In this document: piece after piece, positions 10,677-20,260 of the stretch
Numbering within the stretch: position 1 is the first letter of the stretch
How the letters are laid out: each line of letters begins with the position of its first letter
Virus record (IMG/VR): IMGVR_UViG_3300038299_000184
Location: 63,788 to 127,787 of that record
Reading direction: 5' to 3' (one strand)
DNA: 64,000 nt
DNA from: a virus
The notes under the pieces: model-generated
What the model saw: only the letters and a program-made list of their open reading frames with translations
The model's database searches: none
Told to the model about the DNA's origin: nothing
Program-made: the position numbers and the translations under genes

Positions 10677-11300
10677 ATGAGCCAATTCAAAACAGTAATC
10701 GAAACAATCGAAGAGATGGTACACTATCCTAGTTCGAAAATGGTATATCAGAAGGACAACAAGTTCACTGATATCAGCATCGCCAATATCGAGCGTATGA
10801 ACGTGCTCCACAAGAATGATGAATATATCTTCGTACACCGTGGTGTCTCTGGATATGTTTTCAGTCTCATGGATATCGATGAGGTGCGCGGTAACGATAA
10901 AGCGGTACAGGAAGTTAAACCAGTACTCCACGTCCACCTACGCCCATCTGTGGGCGGTTTTAAGCAAGCTCACAACCTTCGTATCCGAGAGGATCACTCT
11001 GGTAACAACCTTGCTAAGGTTTGGTACATGAATTACATCAACCAGATCGAACCAATTGTTAGCGATAAGGATCACCTCGAAGGCGGTTATCGTTTGTGGA
11101 AATCTTTCATCGATACTGCAAGCCGATCAGCCGAATACGAAATCAAAATGGTTGACACCAATGATGGTTCAGTTCTTATGGACTCTGTTACTAACGAAGT
11201 ACCCGATGATCAGATCTGGTCTGAACATACTAAGGAGAACAAAGACCAAAGTAAATCTAACATCGTTCTGGTGTTCGGTAAGAAAGGTTTCTCGGTATGA
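10677..11300 (+). CDS. Tag-B protein with GNAT-like domain
   Basis: MSQFKTVIETIEE leader; IREDHSGNNLAKVWY...SD...GGYRLW resembles phage GNAT-like fold. Confidence 0.45.
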   Translation: MSQFKTVIETIEEMVHYPSSKMVYQKDNKFTDISIANIERMNVLHKNDEYIFVHRGVSGYVFSLMDIDEVRGNDKAVQEVKPVLHVHLRPSVGGFKQAHNLRIREDHSGNNLAKVWYMNYINQIEPIVSDKDHLEGGYRLWKSFIDTASRSAEYEIKMVDTNDGSVLMDSVTNEVPDDQIWSEHTKENKDQSKSNIVLVFGKKGFSV

Positions 11301-11698
11301 TTAGTAAATGGTGGATTGAGAGATGTTTTAAGAAGCGTCTGTGGAAAAAATATAAAAACGGTGAATGTACTGATGTGGCTGTGGTTGTAAGTGATACTGA
11401 AGATACCCCTACCACATTTGAAACAAACACCATTAGAATCCAATTCAATATTGGCGCGGTAGAGTATAAAGTATCGTATACAAAAATTGTGTTTATGGGC
11501 ATTATGGAAAATTATAAAGTTGTGGTGAATAAACCCGATGGGTTTCATCATAGTATGGGATGTTCGGAATCTTACTTTAGAAAATTCCAAACAAACACCC
11601 CACAAAGGATTGCTGATAGAGCTGCTGAAAAGGAGCGTAAAGATACTAGAGTTATTAAGACTAAAGAAGATCTCATAGAGTTGGGTAAATTGCCTTAA
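11297..11698 (+). CDS. Hypothetical protein
   Basis: ATGA coupling to upstream gene. Confidence 0.5.
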   Translation: MISKWWIERCFKKRLWKKYKNGECTDVAVVVSDTEDTPTTFETNTIRIQFNIGAVEYKVSYTKIVFMGIMENYKVVVNKPDGFHHSMGCSESYFRKFQTNTPQRIADRAAEKERKDTRVIKTKEDLIELGKLP

Positions 11699-11747
11699 CA
11701 ACCAAATTAGTGGTTGACATTATTAACTCAAGTGGTAGAACTACTAC

Positions 11748-12923
11748 ATGACTGACATCAAACAACAGGCAATCGATATTGCTAAAATTTTAATTGACCA
11801 CGGCTACACAGCATACCTCGCTGGTGGCTGTGTCCGTGACTCCATCCTAGGTAAGGAACCAAAAGATTATGACATCGCCACAGAAGCCACACCAGACCAA
11901 ATCCTCGAACTTTTCCCGAACGCTGACACCATTGGTGCTCACTTTGGTGTTATCATGGTCAAGGATCAAGGAGAGATGTTTGAGATTGCAACCTTTAGAA
12001 CTGACGGTTCTTATAGTGATAATCGCAGACCAGATTCGGTAGAATTTACAAATGCTGAAGAGGACTGCAAGCGCAGAGACTTTACTATCAATGGTATTTT
12101 CGAAGATCCTGTTACAGGTGAATTGATCGACTACGTTGGTGGTGTACAGGATCTGAAGGACGGTATCCTTCGGTGTATCGGCAATCCTAGTGATCGTTTC
12201 CAAGAGGACGCACTCAGAATGCTTAGGGCTGTTAGATTCGCAACTAAGTTAGATTTCCTTATCGAGTCTAGCACTATGGATGCACTGATCAAACACAAAG
12301 GACTCATCGAGAGTGTATCAGTGGAGCGCATCAATACTGAGCTGGTTAAGATTATCGATAACGATAACTGTTACAAGGGTGTGTGGCTACTTTCACACAC
12401 TGGTATTCTAGACGGGTTCTTGAAGATTGATTTACAGATTCGTAGATCCTTCATTAATATGCAAGAGCCTATCAGACTTGAAACTAAACTTGCTATCTTG
12501 TTTAATAGCCGTAAGAATGTTGATGAGGTTCTACAGTCACTAAAGTTCCCTAAGAATACAATCAACAAGGTTCTGAATATTCTTGAAGCACCAGATTTGA
12601 TTTACAAGCTCCCACATATGCCACTACACTGGAGAAAGCGTTTTTACGCATCCAAACACTCTTTAGCACAGATTGAATTTTATCAATGTGCTCATGAGAG
12701 TTTAGGTCTATCCAAAGCGGCTCTAATCTATACTGAAAGATTTCGTGAACGGCTCGACACACTCATTCTACCAAAACCTTTAGTGGATGGTAATGATCTA
12801 CTTGCAAAGGGTTATAAAGCGGGTAAGGAGTTCTCAGTAATTCTAACAAAACTTTACAACTTACAACTTGATGGTCTCCTTACAACTAAGGACGAAGCCA
12901 TTGGCTGGTTGGATGTATTATAG
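11748..12923 (+). CDS. cca: CCA-adding enzyme / tRNA nucleotidyltransferase (class II)
   Basis: GGCVRD, DYDIAT, EIATFR, RRDFTIN, EDALRMLRAVRF; promoter TTGACA 11714. Confidence 0.9.
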   Translation: MTDIKQQAIDIAKILIDHGYTAYLAGGCVRDSILGKEPKDYDIATEATPDQILELFPNADTIGAHFGVIMVKDQGEMFEIATFRTDGSYSDNRRPDSVEFTNAEEDCKRRDFTINGIFEDPVTGELIDYVGGVQDLKDGILRCIGNPSDRFQEDALRMLRAVRFATKLDFLIESSTMDALIKHKGLIESVSVERINTELVKIIDNDNCYKGVWLLSHTGILDGFLKIDLQIRRSFINMQEPIRLETKLAILFNSRKNVDEVLQSLKFPKNTINKVLNILEAPDLIYKLPHMPLHWRKRFYASKHSLAQIEFYQCAHESLGLSKAALIYTERFRERLDTLILPKPLVDGNDLLAKGYKAGKEFSVILTKLYNLQLDGLLTTKDEAIGWLDVL

Positions 12924-12956
12924 TAAACACACATTTATATGATAATTAATAATACT

Positions 12957-13478
12957 ATGGAAAAGAAGGTAGAACCTACTAAGCCGTCATTAGAAGAGAT
13001 CGAAGATTTCAAAAGGCGGTTGCTGATACCATGGGAGCATTGCATGAATGTTCGCCAGTCAGCCAAAAAACTTTGTCTCAGACTCATCGAGGAAGGTGAG
13101 TTTGAGCTATCCTTGAAACTGGCACAGAGGGCACAGAGTCACGACACCTCTAAGTTCTCTGGTATTGAATTTGAATACTTAACCAATAACGGTGCCGACA
13201 AGAATCAAATGAAGATGGCTGTACAGGAGCATCAAACCAATAATGACCACCACCCAGAGTATTTTACCGAAGGTATTAAAGCGATGAACTCCGAACAGAT
13301 CGGTGAACTTTGCTGTGACTGGGCTAGTAGATCTAGTGAACAAGGTACCGACCTAAGAAAGTGGATTAAAGAAGAGGCTACTAAGAAGTATAATTTCACG
13401 TTGCAATCTAATGTGTATAAGAAGATTAAATATTTCGTAGACCTACTTCTCGACCCACCATTTAAAAAGTTGAACTAG
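12957..13478 (+). CDS. HD-domain (DUF5662-like) protein
   Basis: H...HDTSKFS...HQTNNDHHPEY...CDW. Confidence 0.65.
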   Translation: MEKKVEPTKPSLEEIEDFKRRLLIPWEHCMNVRQSAKKLCLRLIEEGEFELSLKLAQRAQSHDTSKFSGIEFEYLTNNGADKNQMKMAVQEHQTNNDHHPEYFTEGIKAMNSEQIGELCCDWASRSSEQGTDLRKWIKEEATKKYNFTLQSNVYKKIKYFVDLLLDPPFKKLN

Positions 13479-13482
13479 GGTG

Positions 13483-13510
13483 TTGACATAAACTCTATTA
13501 TATGTATAAT
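13483..13510 (+). promoter_or_regulatory. Consensus sigma70-like early promoter (leaderless)
   Basis: TTGACA-N16-TATAAT-N6-ATG(13517). Confidence 0.8.
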
Positions 13511-13516
13511 AGCGAT

Positions 13517-14062
13517 ATGCAAACAACAAACGAAGCGACAGCTAGTGCAGCGGAAGGTATTGAGAACTCAGCAAATAGTGCAGGGGCTAAATGGGTAGCG
13601 GAAGCTAACCTATTCCTCAATGATTACCTACAGAACAACCCATCACTATTCTGTGACGATCTCTGGGTTGCGGGTCTTGAACGACCTAGTTCACCACGGG
13701 CACTTGGTCACGTTATTCGCCATGCTGCCAAACTAAATTGGATCGAGGAGATTCGCCACGATAATGGTATCGTCGCCAAGCAATCCAATTCATCTAACCG
13801 ACAGCTTAAGCGAGTGTGGAAGTCACTACTGTACACAGGTACTGAGGAAATTCCACCACTCCCAGAAGATGTACAGCCAGAGCTTGACCTCACCATCGTA
13901 CCACAAGAAACACCAGTGGTTGTAACACCACAATCAAATCAAAGCATTATTACATTGACGGTTCTCGGTATTGGTGCTACACTTTTATCACTGGTATCCC
14001 CAGTCGCTTGCATCGTTGCTACGTCAGCAATCTTTGTAGCAATTCTCACCAAACTAAAATAG
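13517..14062 (+). CDS. Hypothetical protein with C-terminal TM hairpin
   Basis: Hydrophobic C-terminus; promoter-defined start. Confidence 0.6.
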   Translation: MQTTNEATASAAEGIENSANSAGAKWVAEANLFLNDYLQNNPSLFCDDLWVAGLERPSSPRALGHVIRHAAKLNWIEEIRHDNGIVAKQSNSSNRQLKRVWKSLLYTGTEEIPPLPEDVQPELDLTIVPQETPVVVTPQSNQSIITLTVLGIGATLLSLVSPVACIVATSAIFVAILTKLK

Positions 14063-14063
14063 C

Positions 14064-14984
14064 ATGTATAAAAATATTTTTAAATCTGATAAACAACTTA
14101 CCGTGGTGTCCTATGACGCAATTTTCGGTGAGACCGTAACACCTCGTGAATTCATCCTACACCACGATGCTGATACTGATGTGTTAGCAATGGCTAAAGA
14201 ATGGTTGGCAGTGCATACTGCTCAACACAGTACCCCTCGTATCCGATACACTGTTCCTCTACAAACTCTTACCGAGTTCGAGACTAAGTACACTACTAAT
14301 AATATTCAGTTCTATAATCAACTCGATTTGGATGAACTTGTAAAGGGAATCACACCAAAGGCTAAAGATACCCTTGGCAAAGCCACGCAATCGGTTAATG
14401 GTTTGTATGACAAGTTTAAACATATTTTTGATACAGCAAGTGAAAACACCCTCGTTAAAGATTTGAAGGATGCGTTAACTAAATCCAGTTGTCCTGTAGA
14501 TGAAGATGTGCCACCAGTAGATGAAGATGTGCCAGTAATCCATACATACATTCTGACAACACCACAGGGTGATAGGGAAATTAAAGCTACTGGTGTATTC
14601 GCTGACGAATTCGCAGAACAATTCACTGTTATTATTGGTGAGTGTGGTATCTCTGCCCTTGAAAGTGTCAAGGTGGTAGTAGAAGGTGGTATTAAAATCA
14701 TTGCAACCACTGAAGAGGAATTTGCTGAACTAGCGGGTATTCACCACATCACACTAGTTGATGGTGATATTGATCATAATAATAAATACACAACCACCCT
14801 CGAAGCGCCAGAGTATTCTTATGACTTCGTTGTAGACTATACGCATGAAATGTTAGGAGATCGTAGACAACTAATTGCTACAAGTTTAGAGGTTGCTAAA
14901 CAGCATCTTTTCAAACAAATAACACTTGGTTCCGTTGAATCAGTTAAGTTGGAGGGAACCACAGACCCACGAATCAAGGGATAA
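14064..14984 (+). CDS. Hypothetical protein
   Basis: 306-aa ORF; internal PVDEDVP duplication. Confidence 0.6.
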   Translation: MYKNIFKSDKQLTVVSYDAIFGETVTPREFILHHDADTDVLAMAKEWLAVHTAQHSTPRIRYTVPLQTLTEFETKYTTNNIQFYNQLDLDELVKGITPKAKDTLGKATQSVNGLYDKFKHIFDTASENTLVKDLKDALTKSSCPVDEDVPPVDEDVPVIHTYILTTPQGDREIKATGVFADEFAEQFTVIIGECGISALESVKVVVEGGIKIIATTEEEFAELAGIHHITLVDGDIDHNNKYTTTLEAPEYSYDFVVDYTHEMLGDRRQLIATSLEVAKQHLFKQITLGSVESVKLEGTTDPRIKG

Positions 14985-14987
14985 TTT

Positions 14988-15236
14988 ATGAGCGATAAAA
15001 CACCACCAGAAGACGAACTCAATATCGTTGATCTGACATCTGAAAAGTCTGTTAGTGAAGTTAAAGTTGAGCCAATTAAAGTAGACAAAGACGTTTTGAA
15101 CTTCTTAAAGGAGTTAGATGACGCATTCCCCGACAAAAATCTATTAGATACTGTCAAGGCATACAAGATGGTTAGAGACCAAGATACTATGCAGAGCATC
15201 CTGTCACAGATTGGTATAGGCCAACCACCTATGTAA
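14988..15236 (+). CDS. Hypothetical protein
   Basis: Last gene before terminator. Confidence 0.55.
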   Translation: MSDKTPPEDELNIVDLTSEKSVSEVKVEPIKVDKDVLNFLKELDDAFPDKNLLDTVKAYKMVRDQDTMQSILSQIGIGQPPM

Positions 15237-15254
15237 CAGGGAACCACCCTACTC

Positions 15255-15287
15255 AAGCACCAGTGAATTATCACGGGTGCTTTTTTT
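15255..15287 (+). terminator. Intrinsic terminator
   Basis: AAGCACCAGTGA-ATTA-TCACGGGTGCTTTTTTT. Confidence 0.75.
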
Positions 15288-15345
15288 GTGGTTATTTTTA
15301 TAATTATGTTATTGACATTATCACCATATCATCTAAAACCACTAC

Positions 15346-16089
15346 ATGAACATCACCAAGAGAACATTATGGATCACAATCGCGCTATTATTAGTTGCTG
15401 ATGTCACATCAGTCGCATGGTTGGTAAGTCACACCCATTCTAAGGATGCTTTGATCATCGAGGCTATTCAGAGAAATAACCAAGCCATCCACGACCTTGA
15501 AACAAGGGAGTTGATTATCGATCTACCCATTCTTTATCTAGATAATGACCCAGAGACCCCTGTACTTGTCACACCACCGCCAACACCTATTGAGTTAGTA
15601 CAACCTTCTGTAGAGATTGAGGACACCACTGAGGAGGACACCACGATGTTTATCGAAGGTGTCAAACACTGGGAAGGTTTCAAATCGAAGGTATATGTTT
15701 GCTCTGGTGGTAAAACCACTATTGGTTATGGCTTCACAGGTTCAGAAGTCAAAGGGCGTATTAGTATCAGTCGTAGTGTGGCCACTAAACAATTGGTCGA
15801 TGAAGTACTACCTAAACATGCTGCAAATGTTGACGAGCTTGTTACAGTACCTCTAACATATTACCAACGACTAGCACTTATCAGCTTCAGTTATAACCTA
15901 GGTCGCCAGAATCTAATCAGATTAGTGTCTGGGGAGAATCGTTTGAACAGTGGTAATTACGACAGTGTTGTACAAATTCTACCCCAATACCGTAAAGCTG
16001 GTGGTGTGGTCAGAAATGGGTTGGTATTGCGTAGGGCTTGGGAGGTTGATGTATTCCAAGGGAACTTCCACAACCAGTACGGTAATTAA
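15346..16089 (+). CDS. GH24 (T4/P1-type) lysozyme with N-terminal membrane anchor
   Basis: EGFKSKVYVCSGGKTTIGYG (E-x8-C-x5-T), ALISFSYNLG, GLVLRRAWE; N-terminal TM plus Pro/Thr/Glu linker. Confidence 0.85.
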   Translation: MNITKRTLWITIALLLVADVTSVAWLVSHTHSKDALIIEAIQRNNQAIHDLETRELIIDLPILYLDNDPETPVLVTPPPTPIELVQPSVEIEDTTEEDTTMFIEGVKHWEGFKSKVYVCSGGKTTIGYGFTGSEVKGRISISRSVATKQLVDEVLPKHAANVDELVTVPLTYYQRLALISFSYNLGRQNLIRLVSGENRLNSGNYDSVVQILPQYRKAGGVVRNGLVLRRAWEVDVFQGNFHNQYGN

Positions 16090-16094
16090 GACAT

Positions 16095-16130
16095 AAAAAA
16101 AAACCCCTGTGAATTTAATCACAGGGGTTT
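16095..16130. terminator. Bidirectional terminator between convergent genes
   Basis: A9-CCCCTGTGA-ATTTAA-TCACAGGGG-TTT. Confidence 0.8.
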
Positions 16131-16144
16131 GTAAAATATTTAAT

Positions 16145-17173
16145 CTATCGGGAGAATACCATTCCGTATGTACCGTGCTTATCTTCGTCTAGATAGTTAC
16201 CATTCTCGTCGATACGTGATGTAACGTTAATAGCACTACCACTACCCATATCACCAGAGTATACCTCTTTAACCTCTGTGTAACCATCTTTCTGTGTAGC
16301 ATCATACTGTTCAGCAGATTTGAATGCGGTGTAACCAGCAGCACGGATAGGTTCAACAATCTGTGGGTTCTGTTTAACAAGGTAGTAACCACTTGTCAAT
16401 AGATCGGCTGTGTCGTAGATCTCAATGTTAGCACCAGTCTTGTCAGTTGCGATGGCATACTTGTCACCGTTTCTCATGATAACAAAGATGAAGTCTAGAT
16501 TGCGCTCACCAGTGTATGAGTCCCAGTATTGCTTATCCTGTTTGTATGAAATACACCACGATCCAGATTTACCAACATCATGACAAAGTCTCATTGAGTC
16601 TTCATAACTTTCGATCTTGTAAACCATTAGGGATTCGTCACTGTACAACTTCTTAGAATTACCCTCTTCTGGGTCTTCGTCGATGTTGGAAGACCCACCA
16701 GCATTACGGCTATTAGTGATCTCTTGTTTCAGTTCACTGATATTACTATATTCGAAAATGTTCTTAGTTGCTGAGTTGTCAATGATCATCTCATTAAACC
16801 CCTCAACGATGTCTACCAAATCTTCATCCAGTAATTCATAACCATAAGTGATTCTTAGTAGGTCGTATATCTTTTGAAGCTTATCAGTCCTCAACTTGAA
16901 CACACCATTGCGGTTAGCATCCCTAGAGTTGGTTATAGCCTTGATCTCTTTAGGTGTTGGTGCAAGTGCCTTGGTCAGTTCATCCAAATTACCATATGTG
17001 AATATGTCCTTATTAGTGAGTCGGTTCTTAGCAACCTCAAAACGGTTGAAGATCGGTTCGATCTCTTTATCCGTTAGGTTAGTACCAAAGGCTTTATTGA
17101 ATTTCTCAATGTTGTTCTTTGTTAGTGCCGCCTCTAGAATGAAGGTCTCGTAGAAGTTCTTAAATCGTTCCAT
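16145..17173 (-). CDS. Tag-B (MERFKNFYETFILE) putative internal virion protein
   Basis: Leader resembles capsid-targeting sequence; WCIS...YWDSY motif; TAATTA-N5-ATG. Confidence 0.55.
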   Translation of the reverse strand: MERFKNFYETFILEAALTKNNIEKFNKAFGTNLTDKEIEPIFNRFEVAKNRLTNKDIFTYGNLDELTKALAPTPKEIKAITNSRDANRNGVFKLRTDKLQKIYDLLRITYGYELLDEDLVDIVEGFNEMIIDNSATKNIFEYSNISELKQEITNSRNAGGSSNIDEDPEEGNSKKLYSDESLMVYKIESYEDSMRLCHDVGKSGSWCISYKQDKQYWDSYTGERNLDFIFVIMRNGDKYAIATDKTGANIEIYDTADLLTSGYYLVKQNPQIVEPIRAAGYTAFKSAEQYDATQKDGYTEVKEVYSGDMGSGSAINVTSRIDENGNYLDEDKHGTYGMVFSR

Positions 17174-17228
17174 ATGTTTAATTATACATTAGGTTGGTTA
17201 ATATACCAATAAAATATAATTAAACTAT

Positions 17229-18041
17229 ATGAGCACTGAGTACATCTGGTTTAAGAAGGGTAAGGAATCTAGGAGAACTGTCGATGAAGCTGGTGAGAAA
17301 CCTACCTTGGAGAAACTACCCAATGGTGTGGAGATTCATACCAGATATATGAGTCCTTCACAAGAGCTTATATCTGTTGAATATAAGAAGGATGGTAAAA
17401 GGCACCGTGATGGTGACGAACCAGCGTATGTGCAGTATACAGGTAATGTAATTGATTCAGAGTCTTATTATAAGGAGGGTGTTGAACACCGCGATGGTGA
17501 CAAGCCAGCTTATATTAAATACATGGGCGGGAAGGTAACAAGAATGACATACTACAAGAACGGTGTTAGAACTAGGGTTGGTGATAAACCATATGACACA
17601 GGGTTCTACCGTAACGGGGATAAGCGTTTCGAGAATTATGGAAGTGGTAAGGGTCGGGGTGGTAGAACCCTCCACCGAGAGGGTGACAAACCTGCCAGTA
17701 CGTACTGGAACGAAGACGGTTCCTTAAAGAGTGAAAAGTGGTACCTCAACGGGTGGACTGGGCGCGAGGGTGATAAACCCGTTTCAATCGAATACGATAG
17801 TAAAGGGAGGAAACTGGAGGTCGTATATAAGAACAAGGATGGTGAGATACACCGCGACACCGACAACCCTTCAGTAATAGATTATCGCGGTGGTGTACTA
17901 GATGCTGTTTCCTATTACAAGAATGGTGAGAGACACCGCGATGATGATAAGCCCTCTTATATAGAATACAAGTTTAATGGTATCGATGTAGAGTTTGTAG
18001 AATATTATAAAAATGGTGTTGAGTACACACCAAAAAAATAG
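17229..18041 (+). CDS. HRDGDKPA (MORN-like) repeat protein, paralogue 1
   Basis: MSTEYIWFKKGKES leader; about 7 HRxGDKP-type repeats. Confidence 0.85.
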   Translation: MSTEYIWFKKGKESRRTVDEAGEKPTLEKLPNGVEIHTRYMSPSQELISVEYKKDGKRHRDGDEPAYVQYTGNVIDSESYYKEGVEHRDGDKPAYIKYMGGKVTRMTYYKNGVRTRVGDKPYDTGFYRNGDKRFENYGSGKGRGGRTLHREGDKPASTYWNEDGSLKSEKWYLNGWTGREGDKPVSIEYDSKGRKLEVVYKNKDGEIHRDTDNPSVIDYRGGVLDAVSYYKNGERHRDDDKPSYIEYKFNGIDVEFVEYYKNGVEYTPKK

Positions 18042-18863
18042 TTATCGATTATCATCGGGGGTGTATTGATCACCTCTCCAGAAGTATAACTCTGTCTCTA
18101 TAGAACCATCTTCAGCATATCTAATCTTAGCAGGTTTGTCATCAGCTCTATGGTGCTCACCATTCTGGTAATACAACTCTGCTAATACAGAACCGTCTTT
18201 ATCATACTTAGTCCTAGCAGGTTTATCACCACCCCTATGAAATTCCATATCATCGTTGTAGTATGATTCCATATGCTTACCACCCGATTCATAATATTGT
18301 ACAGAAGTTGGTTTATCATCTTCCCTACGAAACATGCCGAACTTATAATAGAACTCGTCCTGTATGTCAGAGCCTCCATCATAATAAACCATTATTGCTG
18401 GCTTATCACCTTCGCGGTGAAATTCGCCATCGATATGGTATCTAACATCTTTAGGTATATCAGTACCGTCTTGGTAGAATATATTTGCAGGTTTATCACC
18501 ACCACGGTGTAATTTATCGTTAGAGTAATAGAATTCCTCAGACACACCACCAGTTACTTCGTTGTATATAATCTTGGACGGTTTATCACCAACCCTGTGG
18601 AACTTGCCTTGGATTTTGTAAACCTCTTCAGTTTTATTACCGTCGAAGTCCCACTCTGTCCAAGCGGGTCTATCACCGTCACGATGTATCACATCACTTT
18701 TGTAGTAATACTCGCCACTCATCCTACCAGTTCGCTCGTGGTAAGTGTATTTTATCTCACCACCGTTAGGTAGCTTTTTATTAAGGGGTACACGCCCTTC
18801 TGGGTCGGCAGTCCTTTTAGACTCTCTACCGTCATTGAACCAGATGTACTCCTTTTTCCTCAT
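18042..18863 (-). CDS. HRDGDKPA repeat protein, paralogue 2 (inverted)
   Basis: MRKKEYIWFNDGRESKRTAD leader; repeats; TAATTA-N5-ATG. Confidence 0.85.
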   Translation of the reverse strand: MRKKEYIWFNDGRESKRTADPEGRVPLNKKLPNGGEIKYTYHERTGRMSGEYYYKSDVIHRDGDRPAWTEWDFDGNKTEEVYKIQGKFHRVGDKPSKIIYNEVTGGVSEEFYYSNDKLHRGGDKPANIFYQDGTDIPKDVRYHIDGEFHREGDKPAIMVYYDGGSDIQDEFYYKFGMFRREDDKPTSVQYYESGGKHMESYYNDDMEFHRGGDKPARTKYDKDGSVLAELYYQNGEHHRADDKPAKIRYAEDGSIETELYFWRGDQYTPDDNR

Positions 18864-18942
18864 ACATATAATTACCCACTGCGCCCGTCAGAAATCGACA
18901 TAATATATTTGTTACTGACCCACACAAGATATAATTAACTAC

Positions 18943-19578
18943 ATGTCTACTGAGTACATTTGGTTCAAGGGCGGTAAAGAATCCAAGAGAACTGCCGATC
19001 CTAAAGGTGAGAAACCTACCCTTGTTAAATCTGGGAATGGTAGGGAAATCAAATACTCGTACCATTATGACATGGAGGCTGATTATGATCAACGAATTAT
19101 TGGTGCGTCATCCGAGACACATTTACTAAATGGTGAGAAGGATAGAGAAGGTGGTAAGCCAGCATTTATTGCGTATGATGTACATGGTAAGGTATTACAC
19201 AGAGCCATGTGGGAAGGTGGTGTGAAACAGTTGGTAGAGTGGTTATATGAAGATGGGGGTATATACTGGTCAAAGTATTACACTAATGGTGAATTGCACC
19301 GAGAGGGTGATAAACCCGCCCAGATTTATTATTATTTCAGTGGTGAAATTCGAAATGAAACTTGGTATGATGTTGAAGGTGCCGAACACCGCGATGATGA
19401 TAAGCCAGCATTTATATCATATTTTAAAGACGGTAGTGTTAATCAAAAAAGATGGTATAACCATGGTAATATGCACAGGGGGGATGACCAACCTGCTGTT
19501 ATAACATACGACATTGATGGTAATGTAGAAAAAGAACTATATGTCTATGATGGTGAAGTTTACACACCACAAAAATAA
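18943..19578 (+). CDS. HRDGDKPA repeat protein, paralogue 3
   Basis: Same leader and repeats. Confidence 0.85.
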   Translation: MSTEYIWFKGGKESKRTADPKGEKPTLVKSGNGREIKYSYHYDMEADYDQRIIGASSETHLLNGEKDREGGKPAFIAYDVHGKVLHRAMWEGGVKQLVEWLYEDGGIYWSKYYTNGELHREGDKPAQIYYYFSGEIRNETWYDVEGAEHRDDDKPAFISYFKDGSVNQKRWYNHGNMHRGDDQPAVITYDIDGNVEKELYVYDGEVYTPQK

Positions 19579-19621
19579 TTGTTGACGAAACTATCGTGGT
19601 GTCATTAGTATAATTACATTC

Positions 19622-20248
19622 ATGTCTACTGAGTACATTTGGTTCAAGGGTGGTAAAGAATCTAGAAGAACCGCCGACCCTGCTGGTAAGCTACCCCTAA
19701 AGGAAGAACTGTCGGGTGGTAGGGAAATCAACCACAAGTATTTCCCTAGTGGTAATATTGCAAGATCTGTGTATACAACCAAAGGTAAAAGGACAAAGTC
19801 AATTGACTATAACATGTTTGGTGGTAAGGTCGTAACAGAATATAGTGGTCGTTCCGCATTTGTTAAGGAAGTATTTAAAAGTGACGGAAGTCGTGTAAAA
19901 ACTGAGCACTATAAGAACCTAAAGGACAAGCACCGCGATGGTGATAAACCTGCATATGTTCTGTATATACGGGATAGTAAAGGCACCGATGATGATATAC
20001 AGGTTGCTGAATATTATAAGGATGGTAAGCTTCACCGTGATGGTGACAAGCCAGCGGAAATACGAAACAATGATGACGGCTCAAAGAGGTATGAGACTTA
20101 TTATCAAAATGGTAAAAAACACCGCGATGGTGACAAGCCAGCGGATTTGGTATATGAAGATGGCGTGGTCATGCTCAGTAACCAATACAAGAATGGTGTT
20201 AGAGTTGAAGGGGGTAAATATACCCATAAAAATTGGGTACCCTTCTAG
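19622..20248 (+). CDS. HRDGDKPA repeat protein, paralogue 4
   Basis: Same leader; 3 repeats. Confidence 0.85.
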   Translation: MSTEYIWFKGGKESRRTADPAGKLPLKEELSGGREINHKYFPSGNIARSVYTTKGKRTKSIDYNMFGGKVVTEYSGRSAFVKEVFKSDGSRVKTEHYKNLKDKHRDGDKPAYVLYIRDSKGTDDDIQVAEYYKDGKLHRDGDKPAEIRNNDDGSKRYETYYQNGKKHRDGDKPADLVYEDGVVMLSNQYKNGVRVEGGKYTHKNWVPF

Positions 20249-20260
20249 ATAATTACATTT

